This document shows positions 49,578 to 63,255 of a stretch of DNA of 64,000 nt, piece after piece. Both the position numbers and the translations under genes were made by a program. Within the stretch, counting starts at the first letter, position 1. Every line of letters begins with the position of its first letter. The stretch comes from Pseudovirgaria hyperparasitica. Lineage: Eukaryota. The DNA lies in the NCBI GenBank assembly GCA_010093815.1, contig ML996577.1; one strand, 5' to 3'. The notes below the pieces were generated by a model, which was given only the letters and a program-made list of their open reading frames with translations, did no database searches and was not told where the DNA came from.

Positions 49578-50385
49578 GCTTGGGAGAAACTTGAGTTCCA
49601 CGCATTGCTTCGTTTGTAACCACGTCATCTCGGTAACAGACTGCACAAGTTATACCTCTGGGGCATTATTATGATTCAATACTCGATCGAATCACAAGAG
49701 ACGCTGTGTTGCAATATTCGAGTAGAGTTGCGGAAGAAGCATGTCGCTTAATTGCTACTAGAACAAGATGCATATATACAACGCAAGGAGATCACCTTCG
49801 AGGAGGTCATGTCCGAAACGTGAAGGGAGTCAGTGAAGCTTGACACGTTGCGGCTACTGGTCTGGTGAGAGGCGACCGTGGTAGGGGATGTTAAGGACCA
49901 GACAGACTGCCTTGCGTTTAGCAGGCAAGACCTTGTAGGCAAGCTTCGTCAGGATGATGTTCCCCGGGAGAGCATGTCAACCCGAAGCGATGGTTGGAGA
50001 AACAGGGACACGTCCGGTTCCTGGACGCATAGCCTGATTCCGGCGCCGGACCGTGCGTGCAGGCATGGCGGCGGGCTGCGATACAAAAGGCCTAGCGTGC
50101 TCCGAAGACCTTTTCACGACCACTTTTCATCTCTCGTTTCAACAACTACAAAGTTTCACGTTTTTCGGAGCTGAGTGTTCCATTGCATACTTGCTAAGCC
50201 AGTATTATGCCGTAGAACTAGGTGCTATCGACCTGACAATCCCTGCGCTCATCTTTAGCTAGGAGCGAATACATGTTACCTCGTTCTCATTACTAAAATG
50301 CTCGACCCTGAATTAGAAGTCAGTACCTGCTGATCTCTATAAGACGTCGTTTGTAGAATATTGATTCGTTGATTGGAGTTATATA

Positions 50386-50480
50386 TGTTAGAGAGATAGA
50401 GAGATATAGAGGCTAGAAGTAGGCTATATAACAGACCTACCTCTAGTCCTCTTTATACCCTTTAGTTGCAGCTTCTAACA
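50386..50480. mobile_element. Possible short LTR relic (TG...CA) in AT-rich DNA
   Basis: Bounded by the 7-bp inverted termini TGTTAGA...TCTAACA, with an internal TATA-like motif. No target-site duplication seen. Confidence 0.3.
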
Positions 50481-50718
50481 CTCCGTAATACTATCTATAT
50501 GGAGTAACAATAGTATATAACATATGAAAGTTAAATAAAAGGCGTAGTCCATTTTGTTAATATTCTATCAAGGGCACTAGAAACACCTTCATTATAATAT
50601 ATATTAGATTATCTAAAGTGAGAGGATATTTAACCATTAGTGTCCTGTTTATAAGAGCTCTTAACCTAAGTAGCAATAAGTTATATGAGCTATTACAACT
50701 TGGAAGCTTTACTATTAG

Positions 50719-51635
50719 CTACCATAATACACTCATCAATCGATCATACATCAACTGCTCACCATAATACGGTGTGAGAACGCCTAGTAGATATGATGCC
50801 CAGTCATTAGTGAAATGTTCGATATAAAACGCTTTGGCGAATTCCCAATAATCTGGGTACCACCCTGACATCTGCCAGTCAATGATTGCTGCCACACGAC
50901 CGTTCTTGGCGATAATATTATCAGGTCTGAGGTCGCCATGAGTGAAGACAATTCCATGCTTGTATGCATTAACCATGCCACGGATGTAGGGACCGATCTG
51001 GCCTTTTGATTTGGTGATAAAGGTGTCAACAATCGTTTTATTGAAGTCTTGTTCGCTTTTAAACGGACCTAGATTCCTATTCAGTCACATTGCTAATATG
51101 CGTATAAAGACTGACCTCTGATGGTTGTAGACCACTCTAACATAATATCAGTGACTGGTCCCTCATGTACAGATCCGATGTAATTCGGTGCCGGGAGAGA
51201 ACGAAGCTCTGTCATGTGCTTCTTTAGGTCTGTTGAGATCATTTGCTTCTCAGCGGAGGTGTATTTTGCCCATGACTTTCCTAGGTCCTCGCCTTCGATA
51301 AACTCCATAAAGAGATACGTATCATAGACACTTCCGAAGTCGTCAACGTCTCGGTCCAGAGGCCCGTATGCATATGCTGCAAACAGTTTCGGGATGGGTA
51401 TTGATGTTTTTTCAGCCACATACAGCATGTTCTTGGCTTCGATGAGAGACACATGGGTACCGTATTTCACTAAAATTGATGGAGACATTTTTGCGAGCTG
51501 TGTGCCCGTTCCTGTAGCCAATCTCTCCGGATTTGATGCCCAAAGTTGTTCTGGGCTAATGATTTCTTGTCCCGGGGCTAGATACAGCACATTTATTTGT
51601 GGACTGGAGGGCATTGAATTGTACAGTTCGGGCAT
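50719..51635 (-). CDS. APH/choline-kinase-like phosphotransferase; intron 51069-51115
   Basis: LVKYG, EAKNMLYV, IPIPKLF, LFMEFIEGEDL, GPFKSEQDFN across the intron, FTHGDLRPDNI, IIDWQMSGWYPDYWE. Confidence 0.9.
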
Positions 51636-53174
51636 TGCAGCTGCTTGAAGTGCAGCGATAGGCTAGTAACATGCGTGAGTAATTGAATGCTTCTTTCTAG
51701 AGAACCCGCCTACTGTCATCTTATATTCAAATAAGACTGTCTTTTACCTTTCAAGACAAGGGAGTCTGAGCAAAGCAACGTTCGTATGTTGGTAATGTAG
51801 AGTCTAGAAAAGACCTAGGGATGTGAACTGCGCTGCGCTGTGTGTGGGGTAAACCTTGCGGCACGGTTCAGCTTTGTTCCCTGTCTGAACACAAGATAAT
51901 GACGATGAAGAAAAATTCAACGAAAAAGTGAAAATAAGAACGACAAGGATAGAGAAGACTAAGATAAAGAAGACAAGAATAAAAAAACCTAGGACGAGGA
52001 AGACGAGATCCGACTAGGGCAACAGTATCTCGTTGGCGCACTGCGTTGATACTTGATAGACACCTGGCTCGACACTCCTGATAGTAACACTATCTACTGA
52101 TGCACATAGCATGCATGCTTGCAAAGTTATATCGGCACACACGTGAACTATCAGAAGTGTTCTTTGAGGTACAACTGAGGCGATGCAATCGAGCATAACT
52201 TGAAACTATGTCACGAGGAAGTGAATCTCATACCTCTTATTCCGAGCAAAATATCTTCGATTCGAGAAGGTATGAACGGAACAAGAACAAACGATTGTAC
52301 CGGAGACGACGCTTATGATTCGGTCGCCAGCTTGATATTAGATCACCAGAGAAGGTCCAGATATTGCAAAATCCTGATTCAGAATCAGATACCCTGAGAA
52401 CTCAAACACGACATGCTTTCACCCTTCGCATAGCCAACAGATTTCTCAGGACTACAAGACTATACGAATCGCATTCCACAACCACTCGACCCACGCTACA
52501 GACACATTATCAAGATCGCCGCCGTGTTCTGCTGGAACTCTCCTTTCGAACATCAATCGTCGACCCAGAAATGGAGTATCGACTAGTGGACATCTTCGGT
52601 CAGGCGAAGTACTCTGGGAGGTCACAAGTCTTTTTCTCTCGTCGATGATGTGGAAATTTACAGGATTGGTCTAATACAAAGAGGGCCTTGCCGCGTGGGC
52701 TCGTTTGGTAATAAGTAAAGTCGCCGCAGCTTCGTGACAACACGTGCTTGAATCGACTGTCTATAATGATTGAAATAGTGGAGCAGCTTGCTGGACCCCT
52801 TAGCATTGCGCCCAATATTGATGGGACTCTGGTAAGGCGTCGTACAGTCGAATTCCGGAACAGGGGAGTATTCCCCTGAACACTTTCGCATCGTGCTCCC
52901 CAGATGTGGACGACTTTTTCCTTGGGCAATTGATGGCTGCCTGATTTGCCGCTGGACTGTGTCCCGAACTTGAAATTCTGACAAAAAAACTAATCAAACC
53001 ATGTACCTTTTGTAATCGCGATGTATGCACGACTTGGCCACCCTCGGTCGAAACACGGCGAACCATATCCCGTGGAAAACGCACAAATGCCCTACACTGC
53101 CGCTTGTGTATGCTGGTAAGTGCAATACCAATGCCAATACCACGAAGTTCACGCTTACAGCTGCAGAATCCAGC

Positions 53175-54797
53175 TCAAACAGCCCTTTTCTCAACCCGTG
53201 GCAAACACCACCAACAGACCACCATGCACCCGAACAACGACACACAGATCGGATGTAGGACCCAAGTGCCTTTAGCCTGCGCCAGCAAGCCTGTCATGAA
53301 CGGCGCAACCGCTCCACCCGAGCTTCCAGCGCTCGAGATCAACCCTATACTGCTCATTTGGATGCTCCGCGGCAGGCTGTGGCTAAATATAGACTGTGCG
53401 CAAGGATACACAGGTCCAAGCAATAGCCGAAGAAGCGATACGAAAACTGCATTGGAAATTACATTCGGGACGAGCCAGACAAGTATCTGCAGTGCAGTAG
53501 TCCCAGCGACAAGGCCATACACAGAGACCTTATCTCCGATGTGAGACGTGAGATGTGTGAGTACAAAGCGACCGATGGTGATCCCAGCCTAGGATACAGT
53601 TAGAATAACTATGAAAAACAATCAACAAGATAGGAAAAGAAAACATACCCAGAATCCAGCCGTAACATATCCCACCTTCCCAGGATCTCCACCTCTATAA
53701 CTGATCAAGAAACTGATTACCCAGCCCGAAATACTGACCTCTGCACCTTGGTACGCAAATATGAAAAGAGCACCTAGAATCGTGACCCGATTTCGCAACG
53801 CCCTCTTCAGCATTGCGACTTTACTCTCTCTGGTCGTCGCTCCATATGCAGATCTCTCAAGAAGCGTACTCGGCGCCTCCTTCTCGTAATTCCCAAACGC
53901 CCATCCGGCAAATGGTAGTATCAAAACCCGTACAGCAACAATGATGAGATAAAACCTGCTCCAGACGATATCTTTCGACACAAGAGCAGTAGCAGCAATC
54001 GGCGCAATTGTACCTCCCAGGCCATAACTACCATGACTTGCTCCAAGAATCACAGTTGAATTGGCAAGATTTGCACAGAACACGTTGTTCAAGGCAAGGT
54101 TGATCGCGGCGCCAGCACCGAGGAGGAAGTAGCTAGCAACGACGACAGCAAATGGTGGCCGCACACCAATGAGTATATATCCCGCGATAATCATCAGTTC
54201 AGACAGCATCAGCGTCTTTGCGCGGCCCAAGCGCTGATGCAGCGCATCAATGAAGAATGCGGCTGCGATGAAACCAGCTGCGTTGGTTACGAAAATCAAC
54301 GACACGATAGCATACCCGATGTCATAACTCTTCTCCATATATGGAATCAGTGCACCGGGCGCTAACCATACAGATCAGCTCCTGCCATCTTCTATGCGCA
54401 AGACTTCAGACAATGACAATGACAATGATAACGTACCACTATCCGTCAGGCCATTGCCGAAATAGATTGCACACGTACAAAACACGCGCCAGCGATTCAT
54501 CGGCGGATTAGAGAAGCTTTGAATCTGTTCGACGACATTGCGTACGTTTGGTGAACATGGGCGGCCAGATTCGAGTTCGTTAGGGGTGTGGGAACTGGAG
54601 ACTGGGGTGACTCGTGAGCCGTTGGATTCTGTGCGCCCAGTGATAGCGTTGAGTTTGATGGTGTCGGAAGGAATGGGGGAGATTTGCTTCGTGGTGGCGG
54701 GCACGCTCAAAGCGAGCGGGGCGCCTTCGAGAGTTTGGAGCTTGGGATATGATGAGGGGACAACATCGATATGTGCTCCTATGGAGTTAGATGACAT
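53175..54797 (-). CDS. MFS transporter (Bsc6/fucose-permease-like); exons 54797-54437, 54361-53649, 53588-53175
   Basis: GNGLTDSAPGALIPYME, YQGAEVSISGW, GFWAGITIGRF, GSSGGAVAPF; about 12 TM segments. Confidence 0.9.
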
Positions 54798-55287
54798 GAT
54801 GGTGAGATCCTGTATGTTTTATCAATATGGGCAAACCAAAGCAATAATGGAGAACTAAAAGGACAAATGGATTTTGTAGAAATATTGAGGAGAGCAAAGA
54901 TTTGACCGTGGAAGACGATAATAAAGACTAATAGTGCTGACGTGAGTCAATGATAAGACTGTACCACGATGTCATAAATCCACAACGATAAACTCACGCA
55001 TAAACATCTTGAGATGTGTCGTCTGCATCATCTGCCATGTGGTGGAGAGAATTACCATTTTTAGCAATGCTTCCGAAAGACGCTGAAGGCTGCCGCTGTC
55101 AGTGCCCAGTCAAGTACAGACGAAAGGTTTTGTAGTATCCGACATCGTGCCGAATTACCCGTTCGGAGGGGTCACACAGGACTGGGCGAAAGGAGTTAAG
55201 AGGTTCGAGTCGCTATTTAAGCGTACAATGCGGAAGACTATCCTACGATTCGTTGTATATGTGCGCTTAATCTGTGCGTGCAAATCA

Positions 55288-57367
55288 TCAACACGACCAA
55301 ACACCGACCATGCCGTCTCTGCGACCCTCAACCATGTACCCTTCCTTGATGCGGACCTGCTCGATGACAGCAAGGTGTCCGGCAACGTCAGTTTCGGAGA
55401 CACCAGGGCCACAGTTCCACTGCCGGCTGTCGGTCTTGTCGTAAACCTTGACCACATCTTCACCTGCTGCAGAAACGATCTGTTTCGCGTCGAACGCCAT
55501 GCCGGTGATAGGATTGTCGTATGCATACGCATCGAATATCGATCCAGTTCGGAGGTCCCATATCTATTGTCGCTGGTAAGAGGCCATAGATACCAAAGGG
55601 CAAAGAAACTTACTCTGATACTTCGATCATTGCTGCCAGTCACCATATGAACGTCATCAAATTGCAGAGCAGTGATAGGGCCAGTGTGTCCAACAAGGCT
55701 TCGATGTACCTGCCCACTGCGCAGGTCCCAAAGTCTGACGATGCCATCCGCTGTTCCACACGCCAGTGCGGCATCAAAGCACTGCAAAGCACCAACGAAG
55801 TCAGCTGACGAATCAGACTGCCTTCCCGTTGGCCGCCACTGGCCTTCACTTGAACCCATCGTCGTCGCAGCCTGCGCCGCCGCCCATAGCACATCGAGTG
55901 TCTGAACGCATCTGCCTTTCACTAAATCCCACTGTCGCAAGGTCTTGTCTGATGATCCAGAGACCAACATGTCGCCCCTCAGGTACAAAGCTGTGACTTC
56001 AGCCACATGTCCTTCTAGCGAGAAGAGCGGACAGTCTTGCATACTCGTCGGGGGAGGCGGGGGCGGTTCATCTTCTGGATTCTCGAATACTAGTCCATCA
56101 TCCTCATCTTGATTGCCATCTTTACTCGTTCCTGATTCCATCGGTGCATAGTCTGCTCGGCTGAGATCCCACAATCGTATAGAGGCATCCATCGATCCAG
56201 TTGCGACAATGTTCTCCTCTACTTGTAGACACCTGACCGACGAGAGATGACCTTCCAGCATGCCCATGCACCGTCCCGCATTTAGGTCCCACACTCTGAC
56301 GGTGTCGTCCATTGAAGCTGTGACCATGGTGCCGAACGGGGCGTCAAAATCCAGGGCTGTAATCAGATCATTATGCGCTTGCATATCCTTGATCTTTGAT
56401 CCGGACTCAAGGTGTTCATGTAGTATCATTGTCGATACTCGCCGCGGTACATGTCGTTTTTTCTTGGGTTTCGGAGTCGTTTCTGGTAGTTTCTGGTAGA
56501 TAGACTGTGACATGAATTCCCCCGATGTTGTGGGCATATCACCCCCAGCACTGGAACCTGGTGACTTCTGAGCCAAAGCAGCGGCGTCATCCATCTCCTC
56601 TTGCATGTCCTCGATACGATTATCCACGTCGTTCAGGTCATGCTCTAGCTCTATCTCATCTTGCTCCAATCCTGCGAGTCGATCTAGAACGATTTTCCGC
56701 ATCGTGTTGAGATTTGAAATCTTGTTGTCGATTTCTCTGATCTCGGTGGCGCACATGCTTTTCCGAACCTCCAGCATTTCGAGGCGATGGCTCAAACTGG
56801 TCTTCTCATTACGCAGTCGTGAAATGGGCTGGCCATCGTCCAGCTGCTCCCTCGAGCCTTCAAGAAGTTTCCGCCCGCGAGAGTTATGTCTTCCATGCCG
56901 AACTTTTGGCGATTCCGGATCTTCTGGCAGTGTCGCTTGGAAGCCTTGGAAGAGAGAGTATGCGTTGTGGTCTTGGGGGATGTTGGAGAGAAGAGCATCA
57001 GGTAGAGACGATATAGCTCGTTGTTGTATCTCCGATGGGATGAACTTCGATCGAGCCAGGTCACGAGGAGTAGTCTGAGCGAAAGAGAAGACAGAGCGTT
57101 GTATCAGAGGCCGGCGAAGCTCACGATGGACGTCGGTCAGGGTATTATGGAAGCTTCCTTCGGGACCGCCCATCAGATGTCCTGCAGTCGCAGTAACTTT
57201 GCGACCGAAAGTTTCGATTTGGCGGGTCTAGATTATGTTAGGAAAGTGTCGTATGGCAGAAAGAAGAAGTATCTTACGTTGACGCCATTGAATAGACCTG
57301 GATCGTCATCTTCCGGAGGAATGTATTGATCTCTTGACGAGCCAGATCGACCCTCCGGACTGGCCAT
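55288..57367 (-). CDS. MDV1: Mitochondrial fission adaptor Mdv1/Caf4 (coiled coil + WD40); exons 57367-57278, 57227-55614, 55563-55288
   Basis: YSLFQGF N-terminal extension, central coiled coil, [17 protein letters not shown], multiple WD repeats, [18 protein letters not shown]. Confidence 0.92.
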
Positions 57368-57817
57368 CCGAGAGGTTATGAATGCAACGAGCGGTGATAG
57401 AAAAGAAGACTACGGAGGTGTCATAGTATTATGCTCGGAATGCTGCAGGATCTGTGGCCTATCACTGCGCGTACGAAAGATTGTCGCGTGAAGATGAATG
57501 CGGAGGATGTTGATGTCGTCTTCAACTGTGCTCGACTGATGCTTGCCCCGAAGCTAGTGCCTCGTGCGCAAGCTGTCCCGCAGCCCAGACCAGGGAGTGC
57601 AGCTACCGAATCCTTGGGATCCGATCCATCTCACTCCCATTTCTTCGTCCCGCAATATAGTCCAGTGGTCACTACAGGACCGACGTCGGAGTTCGCCATA
57701 CTACTTCGCATCCATCGTGAGTCGGCGTTCGCTGACTTATATAAGACTTAAAGCCCCACTCCGACCCTCAATGTCTGTCAGACGCACCGCCTTCTCACTG
57801 ACAACAGTATCGCAAAC

Positions 57818-58716
57818 ATGGATGCCGCCATAGATCAATTCGACATGTCAGACGCTGCGCGAGCTCTTGATATTGACAACATTCGTTTCCAACTGATGTA
57901 AGTACCGCGTATCATAGTCTACTACTCGTCCATTAACAACTATAGTCGACTTGAAGATACCATCACTTTCCACCTCATTGAGCGCGTACAATTCCCTCTG
58001 AACCGTACTATTTATGAACCTGGTGGTATCAAGATACCGGACAGCGACCTGTCGCTCATGGACTGGATTTTGAGAGGCCAAGAGCAACTCCATTCAATTG
58101 TGCGCCGCTACGAATCGCCAGACGAATACCCGTTCTTCCCCAACGATCTCCAAAAGCCCATCCTACAGCCTGTCAACTACCCCGAAATTCTACATCCGAA
58201 TAATGTGAACGTCAATCCGCAAATTAAGGAATCCTACATCAAGGATGTTCTACCTGCGGCTTGTGAGCATCGTCTAGAAAGAGGCGAGACGAAAGAGAAC
58301 TTCGGGTCTACTGCTGTCTGCGATGTAGCATGCTTACAAGCTCTGTCGCGCCGTATACACTTCGGGAAATTCGTGGCCGAATCCAAATTTCGTTCTGAAA
58401 CAGAGAAATTTGTGAAGCTCATCAAGGCGGAAGACCGCGAAGGCATAGACATCGCCATCACCAAACCGGCCGTCGAGGTGAAAGTACTAGAACGATTGAG
58501 GCTGAAAGCAAAGACCTATGGCACAGACCCAGACAATCAATTAAGACCCAGCAAGATAAATGTCGATGCTGTCGTTGCTATGTATAAGGTCAGATTCTCT
58601 TGCCCCAAATATGAGTACATCTCTTTGACAGCGTATAGGACCATGTTATTCCTTTGACAAAAGAGGTAGAAGTCGAGTATATGATGCAAAGACTGAAAGA
58701 TACAGAGTGGGAATGA
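57818..58716 (+). CDS. ARO7: Chorismate mutase; introns 57898-57945 and 58589-58639
   Basis: [76 protein letters not shown]. Confidence 0.96.
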
Positions 58717-60059
58717 CCAAAGGTCCATTTCGCATCGTCTCCCACAAGTCATTGAATGGTAACCAGCAATTCGGGCCTGAATGGGCAATAGCGACTTCTC
58801 AAAAGACCATGTTATCACCAGAATTGATCCACACTCCACAGCACTATCGTTATACGCGCAGCTCACCCTGACCATCTTCCTCACGTTTGATGGCACTTTC
58901 ATTTATGGTGGTGCGAAGTGTATCCGACTTTCATCAGACAGAAGAGCTGTTGTAGTCGCAGGTATAAAGTGGTCGGACTCCATTATTGTGGACCACGTTG
59001 AGGTTTCTTGCACGCCCCATTGTCTCGACACTACCATGATAAATACCGTTCGAAGCCATATAGTTCGAGTCTCAAATGCTCGGTCCAGCTGAACATTTGT
59101 TACCATGCGAGAAATTATTCTTTGAGACCATCCAACTAATAAAAGAACAATCTGGTCAAAGGTTTGTTTCATTTACCAGTACGTAGGTGAGTTGATACCA
59201 CATCGAGCGACATAGTCTCCATGCAAGCAACTGCCAGTCTCGGATCATTGAACGAACTGACTAGCAGTGGCTCTATGAGGGCTCGGAAAGAAGACAAAGG
59301 CAAGTGGAAACTATCGCTGCTAAAGAGAAAGATCCATGATTCGTAAGGATGTTGACTAGTTCCGCTCCAGCATTTGCGCCTGCGATACTTCCACGGCGAC
59401 CCAGCAGCGTCACAAGAACGAGGAGCCTGACCGTGATCATCGTGACGCCCGCTGGTACGGTTGAGGCCGAAAACTTGGTAGGAGACTACACATCTCCTCG
59501 ATGCAATGATTGCAAAAAACTACTGACTAGTAGTGATAGTTATGGCAGAAACCACTTTCGACTTCTTCGGACGACTTGAGTTTCAGCCTCCACTCACTCG
59601 TCTGTAGACACCGTTACCCACAAGGGAGTGCGTGCCTAGCGCATAGGATTGATTTCAAGATTTGTGTAAAGAGCTTTACATGAGTACATGAGTATGTTCG
59701 CGCTGCATTAGCCAATATATGCCCAACAGGCTTCACGGCCACGATTTCTAATTATAGATTCCATGACAACTGTCTTACTGGGTATTTCATGCTTTCAATG
59801 TTGAAACGATCGGCCGAAAGCGTTCGGCACTATCACAAACTGCTATGAGACCTCTATATTACAAACAAAGCAATAACCCTTCCATAAACTGGCTTACGTT
59901 GCGCTTCTTACATCAATTGATCCAATTTTGAATGCTATCGATACCATCTCCTTATCTTGGATGAAACGCATATGCACGTGACCTGAGATATGTAACAAAA
60001 CCTCGACACGTCCCCAAAAACATACTCATCAGGCGGGAACTTGTCAACGATAGTTCATC

Positions 60060-61620
60060 ATGAATTCAATCCAAAAGCTTCGGTACCACATAAAGGACCT
60101 CCTTTACAATCCTACGCACACGGAATGGCTCTTCCCTGTGCTGTTCATACTCGACGCCATGCTCTGCATGCTGGTTATCAAGAATGTGCCTTGTAAGCCG
60201 ACCCAAGGCTCAAGGCTTAGCCAATGTGAAGATCGGACCTTAGAAATTCTGACTGATCAGTAGACACCGAAATTGACTGGTCGTCTTACATGCAACAAGT
60301 GCGTCAATACATTGCGGGCGAACGCGACTATGAATTCATTAAAGGCGATACCGGACCACTGGTATACCCTGGCTTGCACGTTTATGTGTATCGGGTACTT
60401 TTCGAATTGACTGATGAAGGGAAGGATGTGAGGCGGGCACAGTGGATTTTCATGGGTGTTTATTTGGCGGGACTAGGGCTCGCAGGGGATGTTTATCGAA
60501 GGGCGAAGGTACGTGATGAAAGCAATTGCATACGACCACGGGAGATATAGGAGAAAGGATGGTTTGGGGTCTCACACGACGCGTGCTGATGAAATGTAGG
60601 TCCCACCATGGGTGCTTCCCTTGCTTGTACTGTCAAAGAGGCTGCATAGCATTTTTTTGCTGCGGATGTTCAATGACTGCTTTGCGGTCTTGTTCCTCTT
60701 TGCTGCTATCAATTTATACCAGAGACGCCAGTGGACTACTGGTACGCTGCTGTTCTCCTGTGCACTGGGGGTCAAGATGAGTGTGCTGCTTATGTTGCCG
60801 ACGCTCGGGCTTGTCCTACTCATGGCTATGGGTCGCGAACGGCTTATGACACAGCTTATGCTTATTGGACAGATGCAGGTATGTGTCAAAAGCTCGAACA
60901 TAGCTCATTGTGCATCTACGGGCTGAAGTATTAACATCCAACCAGCTTCTGTTTGGCTACCAGTTCCTCTCCACCGACGCCCGTTCCTATTTCACACGTG
61001 CCTTCGACCTATCGCGCGTCTTCATGTACAAATGGACCGTAAACTGGCGTTTCGTCCCCGAGTCTACCTTTCTCTCGCGCCCCTTCGCCATTGGTTTACT
61101 GGCGGCCCATCTCACCGTTCTCGCTGTCTTCGCATTCGTCCGCTGGATCCGCCCTTCTGGCCGCTCATTATTTGACTTCCTCCAAGCGTCCTGGGCAATG
61201 CCAGCCGGTCCGCACGACCAACAGAAGATCTACCGGCGCCTTAGCCCAGAATTTATTGCAACAAGTCTCATGACTGCGAATGCGGTAGGTATGTTATTCG
61301 CGCGGAGCCTGCACTATCAGTTCTATTCGTGGACTGCATGGTGTACGCCATTGTTGCTATGGAAATCGGGAATGCATCCTGTGCTAGGATATATGGTTTG
61401 GTCGGCACAGGAGTGGGCATGGAACGTGTATCCGAGCACGAATATGAGTTCGGCGATAGTGGTGGCCAGTCTCGGAGTTCAAATTGGTGGTGTGTGGTGG
61501 GGAACCAGGAAGGAATTTGAGGGCGTGGATGCGTATGATACGCCGACAGGGGAAGGGGTGAAAAGGCAGCCGCGAGGTGAGCCAAAGGTTTTAGATGTTA
61601 CGCACGAGCATACAGAGTAG
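60060..61620 (+). CDS. ALG3: Dol-P-Man:Man5GlcNAc2-PP-Dol alpha-1,3-mannosyltransferase; exons 60060-60192, 60264-60508, 60600-60878, 60946-61620
   Basis: [57 protein letters not shown]. Confidence 0.96.
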
Positions 61621-61708
61621 AGTGTGCTTTGTGTGGGTATATACTTTTATAGTGAGCATGGTCGTGATATGTCAATGCGGTAAGGACTCTTAGCAATTCC
61701 GAATCATT

Positions 61709-62113
61709 TCAGTCCTCTTCATCGCTACTCGGCATCTTGCCGGCTCTGCTATCCTCCTCGTCACTCTCCTCTTCCTCTTCCCTACCAACAAACTCCTTCG
61801 GCCAGTACGGCATCTTCATCCAGCCCTTCTGCTCTCGCACCACATTCACGATCTCGCCTGATATTTTGTTGTCGCGCTCGCGCTCGGTCGTGTCCACCAC
61901 CACGTAGCCACCTCGTTTGATCCAAATTAGGTTTCTAAACTTGGAAGGTAGCTCGACGAGGATTGGAGTCGTGGAGGCAGGGACAGTGACGCTGTAGAGA
62001 TTGTTCCCTGTCGCTTTGATAACACGCGCGATCTTGTGGTCTTCAGCCAGAGAGTCTGGTGGAGACGCGGTGATCTCCGCGGTCTTTTGGAGAAGGTGTT
62101 TAGGTCGCGGCAT
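61709..62113 (-). CDS. eIF1A-domain (S1-like) RNA-binding protein, EIF1AD-like
   Basis: ARVIKATGNNLY, LVELPSKFRNLIWIKRGGYVVV, KISGEIVNV, WPKEF, acidic tail. Confidence 0.88.
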   Translation of the reverse strand: MPRPKHLLQKTAEITASPPDSLAEDHKIARVIKATGNNLYSVTVPASTTPILVELPSKFRNLIWIKRGGYVVVDTTERERDNKISGEIVNVVREQKGWMKMPYWPKEFVGREEEEESDEEDSRAGKMPSSDEED

Positions 62114-63255
62114 TATGTTATTCAGCTAGTTTGGCTGGTGGTTCTAGGGTCGTTGGTGTATTTTCCAATCTGCGGGCAATTGTAAGGAGAACCAAGTCTT
62201 GTACTGGTGTAAAATAGGTACCTAACCGAGAAATTTTATGTATGCCTCAGGCAAAAACGTGCTTCTCTTTATACTGCAAAGCACCATTGTCTTGTATACT
62301 CGGTCTCTCTGACCTACGAAACATTCGAAGAGGAGGAAACGTCATAAGCAATGATCAAGGTACCACGTATGTGACTTCTGATTACAATTACCAGAATACA
62401 GGGTGATGGTGTCGCGAAGTCTCGTACACGGCTCCTTATCTCAGCCTCTTATGACACATGTTGACCATGGCATACGATCAGTCTCCTCAGCTTTCTGTGC
62501 TATCGTCGAATGAGGTAGTATAGGTCTCATCACACTTGCGATACTCAACAAGACTTTCAAGTATCTTCGTCGAGTGCTTACTGTAGCACAGCTCCTGGAC
62601 AAGGTTCGCTGGATACTAGATTTCGATGGACCGATCGATGGATGCTCGATCAAACGTATCAGTTCATATGGCAGTAAGACAGCGGGCTTTAGGGCTTTAG
62701 GACCGAGACGCATAGTATTGAACGCTATTCTTGAGCAAGGCAGTAAAATGCTGCACATCGAAGACATGTCTACCTCGTATGACAGATGAAAAATGATACC
62801 TTATTGCAGAAGTGAAAGCATGCCCTTTTGTAGCCAAGCCATCGCCTCCTGTTAGTGAAGGTATATCATAGTGTTCTATCCTCGTCTTCTCCATTGCAGT
62901 AGCCTTAGTGTGTATGGATGAAAGCAGACTTCCACACAGTCCACTCGAGAGATTTTCAAGCCCTAGGTATATACGCGTTCAATTGCTTATAGTGGAGCCT
63001 GGAAGACAATGACAACGTGTGAGCGATGTACAAGGGTGAGGCGTCGTAAATCACAGTATCCATGCTAGCACGTCCACGTCAACAACAAGCTATACCTATT
63101 ACGGCCGGACATCAACAGACGGCCCAGCCTCCGCAATTTCGTAACCCCTACCGAGCACTACTCCACGTCTCCTTCCGTATTGAACCTGCCAAACGCTTCA
63201 ACCAAACCTGCAAACTCGCCCTACCTTATCGCATCTCCCCTCGCGCCTCACCGCC

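Noticed and set aside
58780..59600. Short ORFs between ARO7 and ALG3
   Set aside because: No motifs and no consistent frame; treated as intergenic.
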